Origin: the human T2T-CHM13v2.0 reference genome, Homo sapiens
DNA: 64,000 nucleotides
Assembly: GCF_009914755.1 (NCBI RefSeq)
Contig: NC_060935.1
Reading direction: 5' to 3' (one strand)
The notes below the pieces were generated by a model, which searched no databases, was not told the origin of the DNA, and saw only the letters and a list, made by a program, of their open reading frames with translations. Every line of letters starts with the position of its first letter. Within the stretch, counting starts at the first letter, position 1. Below, in pieces: positions 48,801 through 64,000 of the stretch. A program made the translations under genes and the position numbers.

Positions 48801-49360
48801 CCTGAAAAACTGGATAAGCAGTATGTAGCCTATCATTAGTACATGGATATTAGGTGACTTAGTATGAGTTATGGTGCTAAAAAATGTTTTTGAGCTTGAG
48901 TTTAAAGAAGTCTCCTGGTTTATGTTGTCCAAGGACAAATCCCAGCCTCAGATCACTAGCACAGACTGGTCAAATACAGGGCCATTTTAACTGACATTAC
49001 TGCCTATGTAAAAAATCTGATGGCTTATCTGCAAGGGCATTAACAAGGAACCATATTTCATTCAATTTACTCATTACTTGATGACTGTATCTCTGGAAAG
49101 TTTTATTGGCAAGGAACTATCTGTCCTACTTTTTTGTATTTTTCCATGCTGAAACAGGATTTCCAGAAATGAAACTGATGGCATGAAATACATTCCTAAA
49201 ATTGTAGAGCTAAAGACTGATAACCCAAAAAGATTTTTTTTGGTTTCAAGCTTTATGAAAACTAACACTATTCAACTTACCTTTCTCAATTTATACTGGA
49301 AGTGTAACATATGGAGGTTAATAAAGTACAGTACAATATTTAGGATTAACTGTGATGTTG

Positions 49361-49439
49361 AAATCTTAAATTTTACAAATGTCTTAAATTTTACAAATTT
49401 TACAAATGTCTTAAATTTTACAAATTTTACAAATGTCTA
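49361..49439. repeat. Short AT-rich tandem repeat (aaattttac/aaatgtctt units)
   Basis: Directly visible. Confidence 0.9.
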
Positions 49440-51542
49440 ACTATCAAAACTATTTTGCCAAGATTCTACCTTTGTTTGGAAATACTCATGTTTGTGAATG
49501 GTTAAGATCTGTTATGAAACTGAATAAAAACTAAATCTTATAATTAAAGGGTTTAAAAATGAATGATGTAATGCCCATCATATATTTAATACTTGGTACT
49601 AACTTAGCATAGAAGTAAATGTATCACATTTCTAGCCAGATCAAATGAATGATTTCAAAAGAAAAAAGCTATAGTTAAGTATTCCTGTTTCCCAATTTCA
49701 AACTTAAAATAATTGTATGTTTATGTGTATATATACATAAATATCTTATATATGTATATATACACACATATACCTTATATGTGTGTATATAAGATATATG
49801 TGTGTATATTTATATATGTGTATATATTATGTTACATGCTTATATAATAGCATAAGTTTGATACTTTTGATACTTTTCAAAAGTCTGAATATATTTTTGG
49901 CAGTTGATTTCTTTTACAGCCAGTCTGCTTGACTCATTTATTTTTTTTGACATCTGATCTATACTAATAATGGAATACAACAAAGCTTCCTCTCTCAATC
50001 AGCTTGATTGTAATGAACTATATCTGCCTTCTTTGCAGTCCCTCACTCCCCAGTCTGACCAAACCTGATCTTCCCCTTCACAGCAACAATGTAAAGCCAC
50101 CTTTCTTCCTTCATCTCCATTCTATCAGCTCCTTACTGGCTACACTTACCCCTCTTTTCAGGAGAGATCCCATGGTTAGTCAACTCAATACTGTCCTTGG
50201 GGACAGCAAAGCAGTGGTATAACAAGAATTCAAGTTCCATCATTCACTGCATGTTTTTCTTTTTAAAGTATCAAAATTAATATAACACATGCACATTTAG
50301 ATTCAAACAGTTCGATAATTTTGTTACATAAAACAAGTCCCTTACATAGACACCATTTCTCTTTCCTCACAGGCGGCCACTTTCAATTTCTATACCTGAT
50401 TCCTGTGGTATTTACCTCTATAGCTCCAAATAACATGATTATGTCTATACTTTGACTTCTAGTTTCCAGGCATAACCTTTTGACTTCCTAATACAGGAGA
50501 TAAGAATTTAGCTCTCTCCCACATCCACTTGTTTCCTCCATCCTCCCAATGTGCCAATATAGTAAACACTGATTATTGATCTGACTACAATTATAGTATG
50601 AACATGTATTCCATTTATAGCTGAACAATTAGAAGTACTGATTACTTTTCCTTTCCTGCACAACATTTTCCCAAAATGCTGTCTTGTTTTCTCATTTGCT
50701 TAGTTAAAAAAAAAATTTTTTTTTCTTTTTAGAGATCAGGTCTTGCCATGTTGCCCAGGCTGAACGTGAACTCCTGGGCTCAAGTGATTCTACTGCCTCA
50801 GCTTCCTGAGTAGCTGGGACTGTAGGTGCATGCTAACATTTGCTTTGTGTTTTTATTGTTCTTATTGTTAATTCAATTCTGAACTTTTTGCCAGTTATCG
50901 AATTCTCCTCTTAAGATTTTCAGACACAATAGGTGTTTTGTAACTTTTTTTTTTTTTTGAGAAATCTCTCCCAGAGCCTTAGCATATACTCCAATTTGGA
51001 ATAGCTGCCATCTATGCCTTGTGTACAGCTGCTTCACCTCAAATCAAGGGATTCTCTTCGGCTCCCTCCTGTGTTGTATCTCTTGTTTGCAATATCCCAC
51101 CTTGTCTTCTTTTTAAGTTTACTCCCTCATTTTGGCAGAGAAAGTCCCTCAGCTGCTTTGTCAGGAAGAGTGTGGGAGAGGTACAAATTTTTGAGACTTT
51201 GTATATACAAAAACTTCATTCTACTCTTACACTAGATAGTTTGCCTAGAGAGACAGAATTCTAGGCCATTTTCATTCAACATTCTGGAGGCATTATTGAA
51301 TTGTCTTCTGGACGCTAATGTGGCTATTGAGAAGTTTGAAGCCACTCTACTTAATTCTTTGTGTGTGACTGTTTCTCCTGTTCTCTGGAAGTTTATAGAA
51401 TCTTGTTTTTGTTTTCAGTGCTCTAAAATGTCACAATGATATAACTTGCTGAAAGTCTGCTTTCATCCACTATGTTGTACTTAATGGACACTTTCCTTTT
51501 GTAAAAAAAAAAAAAAATTGATATCAAGAAAAATGTTTCTGT

Positions 51543-53054
<1,512 letters not shown>

Positions 53055-55563
53055 TAATAGTAGTAGGAAAACATGCCCTATAACCACAGAGCAATTAATC
53101 AATAGAAACAGACACCAAATGATGGGTGATAAAATTGATGGGACCTTAAAACCGCTATCATATAGATGCTCCTAATGCTTAAGGATGTGAAAGAAAATGT
53201 GACTGCAAAGAAAAAAAGAAAATGTACATTAAAAAAGGAAATGTAACTTTTAGAGATGAAAATATTTGAAATGAAAATATGACTGATGGGGTTAGAAGCA
53301 GGTAAGATACTGCACAAGATGATTAATGAACTTGAATATAGAGTAATAGTAACTATAAAACGAAATACACAGAGGATGAAAAGACTGGAAAAAACCAAAC
53401 TCAAGTCACTGGTAGAAAAATGTCAAGCAGTCTAAGATACTTTGAAGTCTCATGAAATCACATGCTGGCTCCTTGAAAAGATTAATAAAATTGTTAAACT
53501 TCTATCCAGCCTGATCCAGAAAAAAATGAGAAAACAAATTACTAATATTAGGAATGAAAGAGGAGATATAATCACAATTGCTTTAGACGTTTAAAGACAG
53601 AAAAGGGATGTTATAAACAACTCTGTGCCAATAAATTCAACAACTTCAATGAAATGGATGAATTATTTGAAAACCAAACTACCAAAGCTCACTCAAAAAG
53701 AAAGATTACCTACACAGCCCTGAATCTACTATATAAATTAAAGTGGTAGTTAAAAACCTTCCCCATAAGGAAAAATCCAGAAACCAGTTAACTCCACTGG
53801 TAAACTCTACTAGACATTTAATCAATTCTACGTTAACTCTTCCAATAAACAGAGGAGGAACTCTTCTAAAATCATTTTATGCCAGCATTACCCACACATC
53901 TAAATCAAAGACAATGCAACAAAACAATACTACAGATTAATATCTCTCCTGAACAAAAATGTAATGTTTCATTTCATCCTCACTGAAACATTAAATCACA
54001 ATAATATATAAAATGGCTAATACTATATGACTTCATTGTGTTCATCGTAAGACTGATGGTCTGGTTTTGTTTTTAGAAATGAATCAATAAAATAGGCCAT
54101 ATTAACAGACCAAAAGAAAAAAATCCAAATGACTATCCTAACACATACAGGAAAAACATTTGATAAAGTTCAATACCCATGATAAAATCTCTCAGAAAAT
54201 TTGGGAAAAGTGTTCTTAAAACTTGGCACTTTTCTAATTGATAAAGGACAAATATGAAAAACCTATATCTAACATCACATTTAATAGTGAAAGATGCCAG
54301 ACATGATGGCTCTCCTCTAATTCCAGCACTTTGAGAGACTGAGAAAGGAGGATTGCTTGAGGCCAGGAGTTTGAGACCAGCCAGCCAACATAGCGAAACC
54401 CTGTCTCTACAAAAAAATTTTAAAAAACAGTTAGCGTGCACCTGTAGTCTTATTTACTCAGAAGGCTGAGGCAGGAGGACTGCTTGAGTCCAGAAGTTTG
54501 AAATTGCAGTGAGCTATGATCATGCCAGCCTGGGTGACAGAGTGAGACTCTGTCTCTTAAAAACAAAACAAAACAAAACAAAACAAAACAAAACAAACAA
54601 AAGCAAGTGAAAGACCAAATGCTTTCCTATGAAAAGAAAGAATGAAGGAAGAATATCTGTTCTCTATTCAACATATACTGGAGATCTTAGTGTGATAAGG
54701 CAAGAAAATAGAAATAAAAGGCATATAGATTAGAAAAGAAGTAAACCTGTCTTTATCCACAGATGACATCATTGTCTATAGAGAAAATTCTCAAGAGTCA
54801 ATGAAGAGCATGAATACTTTGGGATAAATCAAAGTATATGCAAGCCTGCATGATGCTAAGTATAAAAGATTGTAGAAAAAAAATTAAAGAGCCAAACAAA
54901 TGGAGAAATATACCATGTTCATGGATTGGAAGACTCAATATTGCTAAGAACTTAATTCTCTGAATTTTATCTGTATATTGTACAGTATCAACAAAAATCC
55001 CAGCAGATATTTTTTATGGAAATCAACAAGCTGATTCTAATATTTATAAGGAAATGTGAAGAACTTAAAATGGACAAAAATTTTCAATAAGAACAAAATT
55101 AGAGGGCTCAGAGTATCTTATTTCAAGGTTTACAATAAAGCTGCAGTAATACAGTGTTGCTATCCTAAGGACAGAAATTCTAATCTGCAACAAGAATTCC
55201 ATTAAAAACAAAAAGAAATACAGATCAATGAAACAGAAAGGAGTCTAGAAATAGACTCACATATATATAATCAATTGATTATATTCAAACAAAATTTAAT
55301 GGGGTGGGAAAGGGCAATCTTTTCAATAAATAGTGACAGAACAAGAAGATACAATTATAGAAAAAAAAAATCCTGACCTTATTTCACACTACAGTATACC
55401 CCAAAATTAATCAGACATGAATTATACCTAAAACTAAAAGCCAAAACTATAAAAATATTAGGGGAAAACAGTGGAGAAAATCTTTGCAAACTTGGATTAG
55501 GGGAAGATTTCTTAGGTAGGCCTGAGTTTATAAAAAACATAAACCATAAAAGGTAAGATTGAT

Positions 55564-55586
55564 GGCTGGGCACGGTGGCTCAAAAT
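55564..55586 (+). mobile_element. 23-bp Alu stub between intact 15-bp TSDs
   Basis: ggctgggcacggtggctcaaaat flanked by aaaggtaagat(t/c)gat. Confidence 0.85.
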
Positions 55587-55932
55587 AAAGGTAAGATCGA
55601 TAAACCTGATTTCATTGAAAGAAAAACTTCTGTTTTTCAAAAGACACAATCATGAAAATAAAAGAAGAAAAAAATTAAACAAAGGGAGTATATATTCAGG
55701 GCAACTTAAATCTATGCTTCTGAGTTGTAGTCCTCAAGTTTGGCCCAAAGTCTCTACTTATTAAAAAAGAAAAGAAAGAGAGAAGCCAAAGGCTGGGAAT
55801 ATAAATGAATGAATGAATGAATGAATGAATAAATACTTATAGCCCTAATGTTAAAAAGCTCTCAAAACTAAAAAAGATAAGCTTATTTTTTAAATGGGCA
55901 AAAAACTTGAACAAACAATCCACAGAAAGTAT

Positions 55933-56145
55933 CGGGGGTTGATACATTTTCCTATGAATAGGCCAGAGAGCTAATATATTAGGCTTTGCATGCCATATGG
56001 TCTCATTACTCAACTCTGCTGTTTGGCATAAAAGCCACATAGACCATATATAAATGAATGGGTGTGGCTGCGTCCTAATACAACTATTTACAAATATAGG
56101 TGATGAGCCAGATTTGGCTTGGGGGTTGCAGTCTGTGAACTCCTG
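55933..56145. mobile_element. MER58A-like (hAT-Charlie)
   Basis: gggggttg...actcaactctgc...gggtgtggctg...ccagatttggc...actcctg. Confidence 0.75.
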
Positions 56146-56295
56146 AAGAAGATAAAAGAATAGCCAAAAAGCCCATGAAAAAATACTCAACATGTTAGTC
56201 ATCAGGAAATACAAATGAAAATCTCAATTAGATATCAGTACATACTCATTAGAATGGCAAAAATTTAAAAGAGTGACCATAGCAAGAGCTGGTGA

Positions 56296-56467
56296 AGCAT
56301 AAACACCTTCAATTTTAAGAACAGCTGTGGTTCCCAATGGTTCCAGAGACCCTGCTTATAGCCAGCAAAAATGGTCTTTGACAGCAGCCTTCTAGACATA
56401 TTTGCCTTTAAGAGTCCTGTTCCTGGCAGGCCTCCACAGGCTCCAAGATAGTGGAACAAGAGAGGAA
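56296..56467 (-). pseudogene. RPL35A processed-pseudogene fragment (5'UTR plus first ~34 codons only)
   Basis: Pyrimidine-rich 5'TOP-like start, spliced 5'UTR, ATG at 56399; MSRRLLSKTIFAGYKQGLWNHWE then frameshift to ..LKIEGVYA, versus recalled RPL35A [35 protein letters not shown]. Confidence 0.9.
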
Positions 56468-57202
56468 ACAAATCTTTAATTATAGCTTCTATTTCTTCAC
56501 TGTAACCACTACTTATTTCTGTACTCCTCAGTCATTCAAAATTTGACAAAAGTCTCCACTGCTCTATTAAAAACAATTCTTCAACAAATCCAATGACTGC
56601 AAATAAAAAATACACAAATATTATTGTATGAATTGACATTTAAATATGAACAAAAAATGGTACAGGCATTCTGGAAAATAGTCTGGCAGTTCCTTAAAAA
56701 GTTAAAAATAGAGTTACCATATGGCCCAGCAATTCCACTTGTAGGCATATACCCAAGAGAACGGAAAGCATATGTTCACAAAAGAACTTATATATGAATG
56801 CTAATAGCAACATTATTAATAATAGTCAAAAAGTCAAAACAATCCAAATGTCTATCAACTTTAGAATGGGATATATCCATATCGTCAAGTATTATTCATC
56901 CACAAAAAGGGATGCACTTCTGATACATGCTATAACATGGATGAAACTTAGAAACATTATGTTAAATGAAAAAAGCCAATCGCAAAAGGCCACATATATT
57001 ATTCCATCTGTATAAAATGTCCAGAACAGGCAAATACACAGAGACAGAAAGTAGGTTAGTAGTTGTCAAGGGCGGGGGCAGAGAGAAACAAGGAGTGGCT
57101 GTATTGGGTACAGTGTTTCTTTTTGGGGTGAAAAATGTTCTAGATTTAATAGCAGTGATGATTGTAAAAACCACTGAATTGTGCACTTTAAAAGGGTGAA
57201 TT

Positions 57203-58330
<1,128 letters not shown>

Positions 58331-59289
58331 AAACCCACCTTACCTAGAACATTGTACTCCTCCCGATTTCATTTTTCCTTGTTTTTTCCCTAGTCATCGA
58401 TCATATGCACATATGCAAATTTGAATTTTCCTTTGTCATCAATCCAAAATCATTTTTCCAGCTGCCACACAATCATAACTATGTAATTTTATCTTCTATG
58501 GATATAAAAGATTCCACAAATAGACTATAACTTTAATATTGTTGAATAAATTGTTTTCATTTTCCCAATATTAAAAATGTATTTCCAATACTAGACTGAA
58601 GCATATAGCTTCCTTCTCTTTTCATAGTATTTACTTAAGGTAAATTCCCAGGGGTGGAATAATGAGGTAAACGATATACAGTAATTCATGTGGCTTTTGA
58701 AACATAATGCCAAACTGTCTGGCAGTGCTGATGCAAATTTTTATCATCAACAGAAAAGCATGACTAAACCAGACTCACTTCACCCTTAAGTCATCAATAT
58801 AAAGTGTCACTATTTTAACATTTAATATATTATAAATGAGAATAGGATAAAAACAATAAATGTTAAGTTTTTTTTCAGTTAGATGGATCTATTTCTGGAA
58901 TCTGTTCCACTGACAAAATTATATGCTTATGATTTTATAATATTAATAAATTCTTACATTTGGTAATGTTAGATGTTTTTTCCTTATCCTTTTTAGACTA
59001 TTTTCTTATTTAGTATTTAATTTTCTCTATACATTTTAGAATACAATTGACAAAGTATAACCCTCCTGGAATTTCTAAGGGGTTTGAATATTCAGAATTT
59101 TCTAGAAAGTGCTCCCAATGAGCCCCCCACAGAAGAGGGACCATTCTATGTTCTTTCCTAGTATCTCATGCATATCTATCACACAGTATGTATTACACAG
59201 GGTTCTGGAAAATTAAATGAAAGGGCCATCTCTTATCTCTGTATATCCCAAGTTAGTGGCATGTAACAGTATATGAAGAAAACATAAGT

Positions 59290-62230
59290 TGATATCTTCA
59301 ATAAATAGTGCTGGAAAACTGAATACCCACATGCAGGAGAATAAGAGTAGACTCCTCTCATCATACATAAAAATAAGCTAAAAGTGGACTAGACTTAAAT
59401 GTAAGATCTAGGACTATAAAACGACTAGAAGAAAACATAGGGGAAATGCTTCATGACATTGGTCCAGGCAAGGATTTTTTGGGTAAGACCTCAAAAGCAC
59501 AAGCAACAAAGCAAAAATAGACAAATGGGAGTACATCAAACTAAAAAGCTCTGCACAACAAAGGAAACAATCAACACAGCAAAGGGACAACCCACTGAGT
59601 GGGAGAAAATATTTGCAAACTTGGCATCTGACAAGAGTTAATATCCAGAATATATAAGAAACTCTAACAATTTAACAGCAACAAAACATTTTTTTAATTA
59701 AATAATGAACATAAAACTTGAATAGACATTTCTTAAAAGAAGACATGCAAATGGTTAATAGGCATATGAAAAAATGCTCAACAGGGCTGGGCGTGGTGGC
59801 TCACATCTATAATCCCAGCACTTTGGGAGGCCAAGGCGGGCGGATCACCCGAGGTCAGGAGTTCGAGACCAGCCTGGCCAACATGGTGAAACCCTGTCTC
59901 TACTAAAAATACAAAACTAGCCAGGCGTGTTGGTGCATGCCTGTAATCCCAGCTACTCAGGAGGCTGAGGCAGGAGAATCACTTGAACCCGGGAGGCGGA
60001 GGTTGTGGGGAGCCGAGATGGCGCCATTGCACTCCAACCTGTACAACAAGAGCAAAACTTCGTCTCAAAAAAAAAAAGAAAGAAAAAAGAAAAAATGCTC
60101 AACATCACTATGATTATGGAAAGGCAAATCAAAACGACAATGAGATATCGTCTCACTCCAGTTAGAATAGCTATTATCAAAAAAGACAAAAAGTAACAAA
60201 TGATGGTGAGGATGTGGAGAAAGGGATACTCATGTATTGTTGGTGGGAATGTCAATTAGTACAATCATTATGGTCAACAGTATGAAGGTTCCTCACAAAA
60301 ATTAAAAGTAGAACTACCATATGATCCAGGAATCTCACTACTTGCTTTATAGTCATGCACCAGGTAACAACATTTCCATCAATGACAGACCACATATACG
60401 ACAGTGGTCCCATAAGATTATAATAAGGTTGAAAAATTCCTATCGCCTAGTGACTATAGTGTTGTAATGTGGTAGTGCAATGCATTACTCTATGTTTGTG
60501 GCGATGCTGATGTAAACAAACCTGCACTGCCAGTATAGCACATACAATTATGTATGATACATAATACTTGATAATGATAATAAACAACTATGTTACTGGT
60601 TTACAATTTACTATATTATACTTTTTCTTTTTGTTTTAGAGTGTAGTCCTTCTACTTATTAAAACAAAGTTAACTGTACAACAGCCTCAGGCAGGTCCTC
60701 AGGAGGTATTCCAGAAGAAGGCACTGTTATCATAGGAGATGACAGCTCCATGTGTGTGACTGACCCTAAGACCTTCCAGTGGAACAAGATATGGAGGTGG
60801 AAGACAGTGATAGTGATGATCCTGACCCTGTGTAGGCTTAGGCTAATGTGTGTGTTTGTGTCTAAGTTTTTAACAAAAATGTTTAAAGAGTTAAAAAAAA
60901 ATGAAAATAGAAAAAAGCTTATAGAATAGGGATATAAAAAATTTTTGCATACCTGTAAAATGTGTTTGTGTTTTAATTGTTATTACAAAAGTCAAAAAGT
61001 TAAAAAAAAATTAAAAGTTTATAAAGTAAAAAAAGTTAAAGTAAGCTAAGGTTAATTTATTATTAAAGAACAAGATTGTTTTGTAAATTTAGTGTAGTCT
61101 TCTAAGTGTACAGTGTTTATAAAGTCTACAGTACAGTAGTACATGGTAATGTCCTAGGCCTTCACATTCACTCACCACTCACTCACTGACTCACCCAGAG
61201 CAACTTCTAGTCCTGTAAGCTCTATCCATAACTGCTCTATATAGGTATATATCTTTTATCTTTTATACTGTTATTTTATCTTCTATACTGATATCTTTTA
61301 ACTTTTATACTGTTATTTTTATGTACTTTTTCTTTGTTTAGATATGCTTAGATACACAAATTCTTACCATTGTGTTATAACTGCCTTCATTGTGTTACAA
61401 CAGTATTCAGTATAGTAACATGCTATATAGGTTTGTACCCTAGGAGCAATAGGCTATACCCTAAGCCTAGGTGTATAGTAGGCTATACCATTTAGGCTTG
61501 TGTCAGTACACTGACGTTCGCACAAGGATGAAATTGCCTGAGGACACATTTCTCAAAATATATCCCCATCATTAGTAATGCATGACTGTATATTCAAAGG
61601 AAATAAAATCAGTATGTCAATGAGATACCTATACTCTGTTTATCACAGCACTATTCACAATAGCCAAGATGTGGAATCAACCTAAGCATTCATCAACAAA
61701 TCAATGGATTTAAAAAATGTATATATACACGATGGAATACTATTTACAATAAAAAAGAATGAAATCCTGCTATTTGTGACAACATGGATGAACCTGGAGG
61801 ACATTATGTTAAATGAAATAAGCCAGGCACAGAAGGACAAATATTATACTGCATAATCTCACTCAGATAGAATCTAAAGAAAGTAGATCTCATACAAGTA
61901 GAGCAGAATAGTAGTTAACAAAGATTAGGGAAGGTAGCAGGGAGGGAGGATGGAGAGAGGTTGGTCAATGGGTACTATCGTACCGTTAGGAGGAATAAAT
62001 TCTGGTGTTCTATTGTACAGTTGGGTGAATACAGTTAACAATAATGAACTGTATATTTCAAAATAGCCAGAAGAGAGGACTGTGAATGTTCTCACCACAA
62101 AGAAAAATAATACATGTTTGAGATGATGGATATGCTAATTACCCTGATTTGATCCTTACACAATGTATATATGTATCTAAACCTCACATTGTACTCTAAA
62201 AATATGTGTATCACGCGTCAATTAGAAATA
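59290..62230 (+). mobile_element. L1MA-like 3' portion interrupted by an Alu and Tigger3b
   Basis: ORF2 3' motifs and 3'UTR. Confidence 0.8.
60350..61588. mobile_element. Tigger3b-like (TcMar-Tigger) DNA transposon inserted in L1
   Basis: TIRs (c/t)agtcatgca...tgcatgactg, TA target sites, ~1.24 kb, 'gacagtggtcccataagattataat' motif. Confidence 0.85.
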
Positions 62231-62685
62231 AAATTTACAAAGTAAGCTGAATCAATAAATGAATACATCAAAGATACCACTTACATGAGTCAAACAAGCA
62301 ATTATTGTTCAGTACTATATTATGAGCTATGTGAAAAACAAAGAAAAGAGAAAACAAAGGCTTGCCTCTCAGGGAATCTAGAAACTAAAACGAAGAGGAA
62401 TTAAAGAGAGCCTACTAATAAACAATTTTGGAAACTATGTAGAATTATAACTGTACAATGATTAATTAATGCTTTTATGAATGTAAAAAAGAGTACAAGA
62501 AGAATGAATGCTGTAGGAGGTGTGAAGGACTCTCGGAACTTGAGATGGCACTAAGGCACTAAGAGGATTTGGATAAGTGGGAAACAAAAGTAGGTCTACT
62601 GGGTAAAAACATGGGCAAAGGCATGAGGTGGAAATTAGCATGATATACAGGAGCCATGGACCTATCCATTCTACAAACAGACTCA

Positions 62686-63012
<327 letters not shown>

Positions 63013-63112
63013 TTATGTTGGATAACACCATTGCATTGGTGAAAGTGAGGGGAATTAGGTACTTTAATAAGTTGCTAATAGGATGGTTAACTGGAAAGCA
63101 ATTCAGCAATAA

Positions 63113-63458
<346 letters not shown>

Positions 63459-64000
63459 CTACTCCTTAAACTTTATTTTACAAGCTGTAAATTGATCTAT
63501 GTACCAGAATATTTAATAAAATGTGTTTTTTTAATAATGGCAAAATGGTGAAAAATAAAGTAATAAAAAGAATATAAGTAGCTCTATACTGATATGGAAC
63601 AACATCCAAGATGAATTGCTAAGTAGAAAAAAAAGTGCTGACTGTATATGTATATAATCTGTGTAAATAAAAGAAATTATGCAAAGAGCTTTTATTAGTA
63701 TAGAATTTATTTTATAAGTAAATATATTCTTGTGTAAAGATACACAAGAGACTGGTAACCTTTCATACCTTTAAAATGTTTTACCATGTGCATGTATTTC
63801 CTAATGAAAAAAGTGACACAACTGATAGAAAATACAACTGATTTAAAAACTATAACAGAGATAACAAAACTATCTGGAAAAAGTAATTTAACTTAAAAAA
63901 GTATTTTAATTTCAAATAATCACTTATCATACCATTCTGGGGGTAGAGGAGTATGAACCCAAGATCAAAAGAACAATAAAGATTCACAGAACAACAACAA

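Larger units (their letters stand above)
47330..49600 (+). mobile_element. Decayed hAT (Charlie/GTF2IRD2-type) transposase relic, interrupted by Alus
   Basis: Degenerate motifs ..FIKECLVNAAE (~47570), FFVVDENTD (~47725) and C-terminal AKILPLFGNTHVCEWLRSVMKLNK (~49455-49530). Confidence 0.65.

Noticed and set aside
63905-64000. Donor-like site (GAATG|gtatga on the minus strand) at the window edge as possible C2CD3 exon 2
   Set aside because: Its translation does not match the expected ...FTSYLT(D) end of exon 2

Overview
Human (primate) genomic DNA. The window lies wholly inside C2CD3, a centriole/ciliogenesis gene linked to orofaciodigital syndrome XIV, on the minus strand. Thirteen internal coding exons have canonical AG/GT boundaries and splice into one open frame of 2407 nt, from (D)[11 protein letters not shown] to HQFYMSF(K). 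By my recollection of the reference transcript these are exons 3-15. The introns are dense in Alu, L1, L2, MIR, LTR and DNA-transposon relics, and almost all ORFs in the supplied track are repeat-derived artefacts. I found no evidence of a new multi-gene system. The most notable features are: (1) two short inverted copies of nearby DNA inserted into L1 relics, one of which forms an inverted repeat around exon 9; (2) a captured 5'-only RPL35A pseudogene fragment without retrotransposition hallmarks; (3) a COX6C processed pseudogene that appears to keep ancestral, non-anthropoid residues; (4) a full-length sense-oriented SVA; (5) a hairpin- and G-run-containing 31-bp minisatellite next to the exon 4 acceptor; (6) a possible recursive splice site at exon 14; and (7) an Alu collapsed to 23 bp between intact target-site duplications. 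Gene and repeat-family assignments are from memory, not database searches, and repeat coordinates are approximate.
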